From: Candidatus Bathyarchaeum tardum
Lineage (GTDB): Archaea; Thermoproteota; Bathyarchaeia; Bathyarchaeales; Bathyarchaeaceae
Assembly (NCBI GenBank): GCA_024650005.2
Contig: CP122380.1
Coordinates: forward strand, 1,664,001-1,728,000
Direction of reading: 5' to 3'
Length of the DNA stretch: 64,000 nucleotides
Under the pieces are notes generated by a model that worked only from the letters and a program-made list of their open reading frames with translations, was not told where the DNA came from and searched no databases. Shown piece by piece: positions 59,675 through 64,000 of the stretch. The position numbers and the translations under genes are program-made. Numbering within the stretch: position 1 is the first letter of the stretch; every line of letters begins with the position of its first letter.

Positions 59675-62341
59675 TTGGGGGTGGCATTAGAAGTGCAAAG
59701 TAAAAAATTTTATGCTTTATTGTTTTGCATAATGTTTTGTGCATCATCAATATTATCAGCATCTGTATTATCAAGCACCAATTCAATAGTAAGCACCCAA
59801 TCTGAACACACCAAAGACGGAAACCGTGTCTATATTGAAAATGATAAAGTGTACATTTCCGCAACACCTCACACGATTAATGCAGATGGATACGTTTACC
59901 TGAACATAACAAGCAAAACGCTTGAAGGCAACATGGATCTGTGTTTCGGGTTTGATGGTAACCTAGCATACCCAACTAGTTTAGAAATTTATTACCCACA
60001 AACAGAAGTGACAAAACACGAATTAGACCTAAATATTTACGACAATGAAGATCACAAGATACAACTAAACTATAATGTCACAGATCAAACAGCAGATATT
60101 GCTTATGACGGCTCAGTAATAGTATGTCAAAAAGTTCCAATTGACAATGAGAAGAACCAGACAATAAATTATGAATGGAAAACAATTTTGGAACAAAGCT
60201 TTGATAGCTGCCAATTAAGCACTAAAATGGTTTATTGGACCACGACAAGAACTTCAGAATGGACAAGTATACGAGAAAACTCAAATTTTGAAAAACAGGA
60301 TTTCAGTTTTCAAGAAATGAACATTTGGCATCTTTCAAATTTTACGATGGAAAAAAATAATCAATGTTATTTACGAATGTGGATGACACTCGTGCCAAGT
60401 CTAGAAAACATCACACGTGAATTTTTGGTGGCTTTAAAGCCTCACGATTCTTCTTTTGAAGAAGCAGTAGCAGAGAATCGTTTTAGTTATCTTGATCCAT
60501 GGTATAATGCGAATTGGCAATACCGCAAAAGCCATGTAATTAATAACGCTACAGGTGCAGGAACAAATTATCCCATAAAAATAATTGTGCATTATGGTCC
60601 AGGTGCAGACGCATTTGGAGACGTTTATTTAGCTAACAAGTCTCAAGTTGATTTTGATGACATCAGGTTTACGGACGATGATAAAGTAACTTTATTGGAT
60701 TATTGGTGCGAATCAAAATACGATTCAGATAACGCAACATTTTGGGTTGAAATTGCTGATTCCCTGAGTACTGTTCCAGTTACAATATACATGTATTATG
60801 GAAACAATTATGTAGCAAGGAGTGACGACGGATTAGGGTTAGACCTTTTCCAAATTAGAGAATACGACAAGTATTATTCATATAATCCAAATTATCAGTT
60901 TATAAAATCCACTTCATCCGTACTTGAAGCAGATAGCTCCTTAAGTGGATCAACTCCAATCGGAGAAGCATATATTTTCATACAAGCCAAAAAAAGTTAT
61001 CTTGATGGAAAAAGAATTCAGATGTACTGGAGAGCCTATTTCACTTATGGGGGAACCAGAGACCTAGGTCAAGTCTATGTGGTTGACAATGAACACTTAC
61101 GAACAAAGACCACCGACGAATTTTATGATAACGACAACACACAACATCCAGTTATGGACTATACTTACGTTAACCCACTTACCTTGTCTAACACCGGTTC
61201 AGGTTGGACCAGTTGGACCACTCAAACGTCAGATGTTCTTGATCTCTCAAGTTTTTCCTCAGATTATGTTACAATCTTAATTTGCGCAGGAGACTATTGG
61301 ATTCAGCAAACAACGATCTTAGATCTGGATTACATGAAGATTCTGGATTCCAGTAACAACACATTGAAAACTTTTGACTTCACAGAAACAATAGACATGG
61401 AACAAACCGGAACCTACAGGGATTACGGACTATACCGAAAACTTGTTGACCCCGAACCCACACACGGAGACTGGGGGCACCCCGTAGAAAACGACACCCC
61501 AATAACCAACAACGCATTCATAATATGGGGAACACAACATTATCCAAGTACACAATTTAACTATACAATAAATGGCATCAATTACACATCAAATAGTGCA
61601 GCAGAATTGGCGTTATCCGAAAGCGTTTGTGATTACGTCTATGACCTTGTAAATGATACCCAACAATATTACATTCGAAACTATTGGGGCGACCCTACAC
61701 AAGAAGAAGCTGTCTATGATAACGTTAGCTACTGTGAAACCAATTACAATTATACAGCCATTTTTTACAAAGGTCATTTTTGGACTACAACCTGTCCATG
61801 GTCCTGTGGGAATACGCATTATGTAATGTATGATAATTCTAGTGCCACAATAATTGATTATGAGATTAACAGTAACATGACTTCAGGTACACACGATTTT
61901 GTATTTCTTTGGATGTGCGAAGTTGGAGGAACAAACGAAACAGGAGGAATAGATGCAAACCACAGTTGGGGCATGTTAGCATCGTGGATGGACAGAGATG
62001 ACTTAGGATCAAATGGTTACTCTTCGCCGGACGGAACTGACCATGTTTTTATAAGCTTTGAAAATACTTCAGTTGATTTTTGCATCCCCACGGGATTTGA
62101 TAGCTATAACTACAGCCATTTTGCGTATCTATTCTTTGATTATGCCCTCAACAGTTTTATGACAGTCAATGAAGCCCTAGATGCAGCATCCGAAGATGTT
62201 TTCAATCAAGCAGATTTTGGATCAACTGCATTATATAATGGATATAATTACACGTGGTATGACCCAAGAATACCGGGGTACGTCGAAGATAAGTGTTATT
62301 TACGAATTTATGGTGATGGAGATCATATTATACCGAATTAG
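59675..62341 (+). CDS. Large secreted multidomain protein with DUF2341 and a C-terminal caspase/gingipain-like domain
   Basis: Signal peptide; W...WQYRK...DFDDIRF....LDYW.E...FWV.I...IYMYYGN; YKGH and FVFLWMC; many N-x-S/T sequons; start may be GTG 59693. Confidence 0.8.
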   Translation: MGVALEVQSKKFYALLFCIMFCASSILSASVLSSTNSIVSTQSEHTKDGNRVYIENDKVYISATPHTINADGYVYLNITSKTLEGNMDLCFGFDGNLAYPTSLEIYYPQTEVTKHELDLNIYDNEDHKIQLNYNVTDQTADIAYDGSVIVCQKVPIDNEKNQTINYEWKTILEQSFDSCQLSTKMVYWTTTRTSEWTSIRENSNFEKQDFSFQEMNIWHLSNFTMEKNNQCYLRMWMTLVPSLENITREFLVALKPHDSSFEEAVAENRFSYLDPWYNANWQYRKSHVINNATGAGTNYPIKIIVHYGPGADAFGDVYLANKSQVDFDDIRFTDDDKVTLLDYWCESKYDSDNATFWVEIADSLSTVPVTIYMYYGNNYVARSDDGLGLDLFQIREYDKYYSYNPNYQFIKSTSSVLEADSSLSGSTPIGEAYIFIQAKKSYLDGKRIQMYWRAYFTYGGTRDLGQVYVVDNEHLRTKTTDEFYDNDNTQHPVMDYTYVNPLTLSNTGSGWTSWTTQTSDVLDLSSFSSDYVTILICAGDYWIQQTTILDLDYMKILDSSNNTLKTFDFTETIDMEQTGTYRDYGLYRKLVDPEPTHGDWGHPVENDTPITNNAFIIWGTQHYPSTQFNYTINGINYTSNSAAELALSESVCDYVYDLVNDTQQYYIRNYWGDPTQEEAVYDNVSYCETNYNYTAIFYKGHFWTTTCPWSCGNTHYVMYDNSSATIIDYEINSNMTSGTHDFVFLWMCEVGGTNETGGIDANHSWGMLASWMDRDDLGSNGYSSPDGTDHVFISFENTSVDFCIPTGFDSYNYSHFAYLFFDYALNSFMTVNEALDAASEDVFNQADFGSTALYNGYNYTWYDPRIPGYVEDKCYLRIYGDGDHIIPN

Positions 62342-62353
62342 GGGGAAAATGAT

Positions 62354-63475
62354 ATGAAAAAAACAAGTAAAATAATTCTAGTTCCTTTGCTTTTGGTAAT
62401 AATATCTTTCAATTCGAATGTTAAAATGACTTGTTTAAGTACTATGGAAGTAGATGAACCAAATGAAGTTTTAGTTTTTTTGGAAGAAGTTGTCAAACTA
62501 GATTTGAGCAAATACAACATAGAATTAGCTGGAACGACCGTGAGTTATCCATTAGAATTAAATGGTCTACCTCAAACAACTGGAAAATACATACTTCATT
62601 CAACAACAAGCAATATAACGGTACTATTCAAGTTTAGAAACCACACATTATCATGGTGCCTATTACGATCTAACAACGACTCGCCAAAATTTAGTATTCA
62701 AGTGAACGACAGCGTGTTTGACAAAACTAAAGCGTTTTTGGACAGATATCAAACATTCACAGAAGATTCAAGTGTAGAAGCAATGAAAAACATGTTAGAT
62801 AGTATAGATACAACAAAAAACACTACAAAGACAACAAATGAAATAAAAGTTTCAGTTGAAAATACTGCAGAATCTACCTGTTTTGAATGGATACAAACAA
62901 TCAATGGTGCAGAATATGCAGGAATGTCAATTTCTTTCAAAAATGGAACATTTTATTCACTGAGTGATAAAAGGAGCATTTACAGCACAGGTGACACTGA
63001 GGTAAACATCACAAAACAAGAAGCTATATCACTTTCATTAAAATACGCTGAAAACCTTACATGGACAATAGGCGATGAAAAGGTAACCGAGTTCAACATA
63101 CAGGAGGAAATGATCGATCCCAAACTATTTACCAGGGGTAGAGATGAACCATTAAAACTGTATCCTTATTGGCATGTCTTACTTTATCTGGATGATACAT
63201 ACCCTGGAAATGTTAGGCACATTCAAGTTATGTTGTGGGCAGATACAGGAAAGCCGATAGATTGTCAACCAATAAGCTTTGGGGGAATGGCCCCACAGGA
63301 TGATGTTAACGCTGATGACAAACAATTAACAAATGGACAAATTACAATATCCTCAAGTGAACAGAATATTGCAACTTTAAATGCAGTAGATGTCGGCATA
63401 ATAGCATTATCAATCATCATAATTGTAATAACAAGCATAATTTTAATTTTCAAAAGAAAAAAAGTTAAATATTGA
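62354..63475 (+). CDS. Surface protein with N-terminal signal and C-terminal membrane anchor
   Basis: Signal peptide, ITKQEAI...PYW.V....V.LWADTG segment, C-terminal TM plus KRKK. Confidence 0.8.
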   Translation: MKKTSKIILVPLLLVIISFNSNVKMTCLSTMEVDEPNEVLVFLEEVVKLDLSKYNIELAGTTVSYPLELNGLPQTTGKYILHSTTSNITVLFKFRNHTLSWCLLRSNNDSPKFSIQVNDSVFDKTKAFLDRYQTFTEDSSVEAMKNMLDSIDTTKNTTKTTNEIKVSVENTAESTCFEWIQTINGAEYAGMSISFKNGTFYSLSDKRSIYSTGDTEVNITKQEAISLSLKYAENLTWTIGDEKVTEFNIQEEMIDPKLFTRGRDEPLKLYPYWHVLLYLDDTYPGNVRHIQVMLWADTGKPIDCQPISFGGMAPQDDVNADDKQLTNGQITISSSEQNIATLNAVDVGIIALSIIIIVITSIILIFKRKKVKY

Positions 63476-63578
63476 AAAGATAAAACAGTTAAAGAGGGAC
63501 ATAAAAAATAAGAATCATCTTTATAATTACTGAAACAGCGAAGATGATACTTGGTAAACAATCAATTGTGATTAAAAT

Positions 63579-64000
63579 ATGAAAAAGCATATGGCAATTA
63601 GTTTCAATGTAGCTCTTTTATGTACGATAACAATCATTCCAGTAACGTTAGGTAAGACAGCACAAGATTCGTGGGTAACATTAGAATCTATGCCAACTGC
63701 AAGGTGTTCATTTGGAGTTGGGGTTGTGGATGGAAAAATTTTTGCAATCGGTGGTAATAACGGCACTTATCTTGCAGTTAATGAAATGTACGACCCTGCA
63801 ACAGACATGTGGATAACAAAAGCACCTATGCCAACTCCTAGAATATGTTTTTCGATTACTGTTTACCAAAACAAAATTTATGTGATAGGGGGAATTGTAA
63901 ATTCAAGCACTCCATTTTATTCGGGGTACACTGGAGTAACAGAAGTGTATGATCCCCAAACTGACACATGGGAAACAAAAAAACCCATGCCCACACCCAG
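63579..64000 (+). CDS. Secreted kelch-repeat protein, 3'-truncated (absent from ORF track)
   Basis: ATG 63579, signal peptide, then repeats MPTAR...VVDGKIFAIGG, YDPATDMW..KAPMPTPR...KIYVIGG, YDP.TDTW. Confidence 0.92.
   Translation, partial: MKKHMAISFNVALLCTITIIPVTLGKTAQDSWVTLESMPTARCSFGVGVVDGKIFAIGGNNGTYLAVNEMYDPATDMWITKAPMPTPRICFSITVYQNKIYVIGGIVNSSTPFYSGYTGVTEVYDPQTDTWETKKPMPTP

Noticed and set aside
1-64000. CRISPR arrays, rRNA, IS elements and the many short antisense ORFs in the track
   Set aside because: No spaced direct repeats, rRNA signatures or transposase motifs were seen by eye; the antisense ORFs lie inside well-supported genes.

Overview
Archaeal chromosomal segment, most consistent with Bathyarchaeia (inferred from gene families, GGAGGTGA-type Shine-Dalgarno sites, BRE-TATA promoters and frequent TTG starts; not database-checked). 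Core content: M32 carboxypeptidase (partial), rqcH, cooC, trxA, copA plus a YHS protein, tRNA-Cys(GCA), ileS, two NAD-kinase-family genes, ilvD, cimA-ilvB-ilvN, a complete his operon (hisZ-G-D-C-HAD-B-H-A-F-IE) ending in a polyprenyl synthase, trpB2 and class II ribonucleotide reductase nrdJ. Two AT-rich stretches (about 7.2-10.1 kb and 59.3-64 kb) encode secreted or surface proteins. No CRISPR array, rRNA or transposase was seen. Best leads: (1) a threonine-synthase-fold protein whose PLP Schiff-base lysine is replaced by Arg, fused to a PadR-like winged helix and followed by a near-perfect 26-bp palindrome over the TATA box of a PdxU/HmpT-like ECF S-component, i.e. a candidate vitamin-B6-sensing repressor system; (2) several conserved genes that seem to need non-canonical starts (ATC, ATT, CTG, possibly TTA); (3) an AbrB-ACT regulator divergent from the his operon with a candidate operator; (4) an ECF-like membrane protein plus two radical SAM/SPASM enzymes behind a repeated promoter motif; (5) an EMC6-like/PKD fusion; (6) a DUF2341 protein with a clan-CD-like His/Cys domain next to a PepSY-like partner. 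All family calls come from motif recognition by eye.
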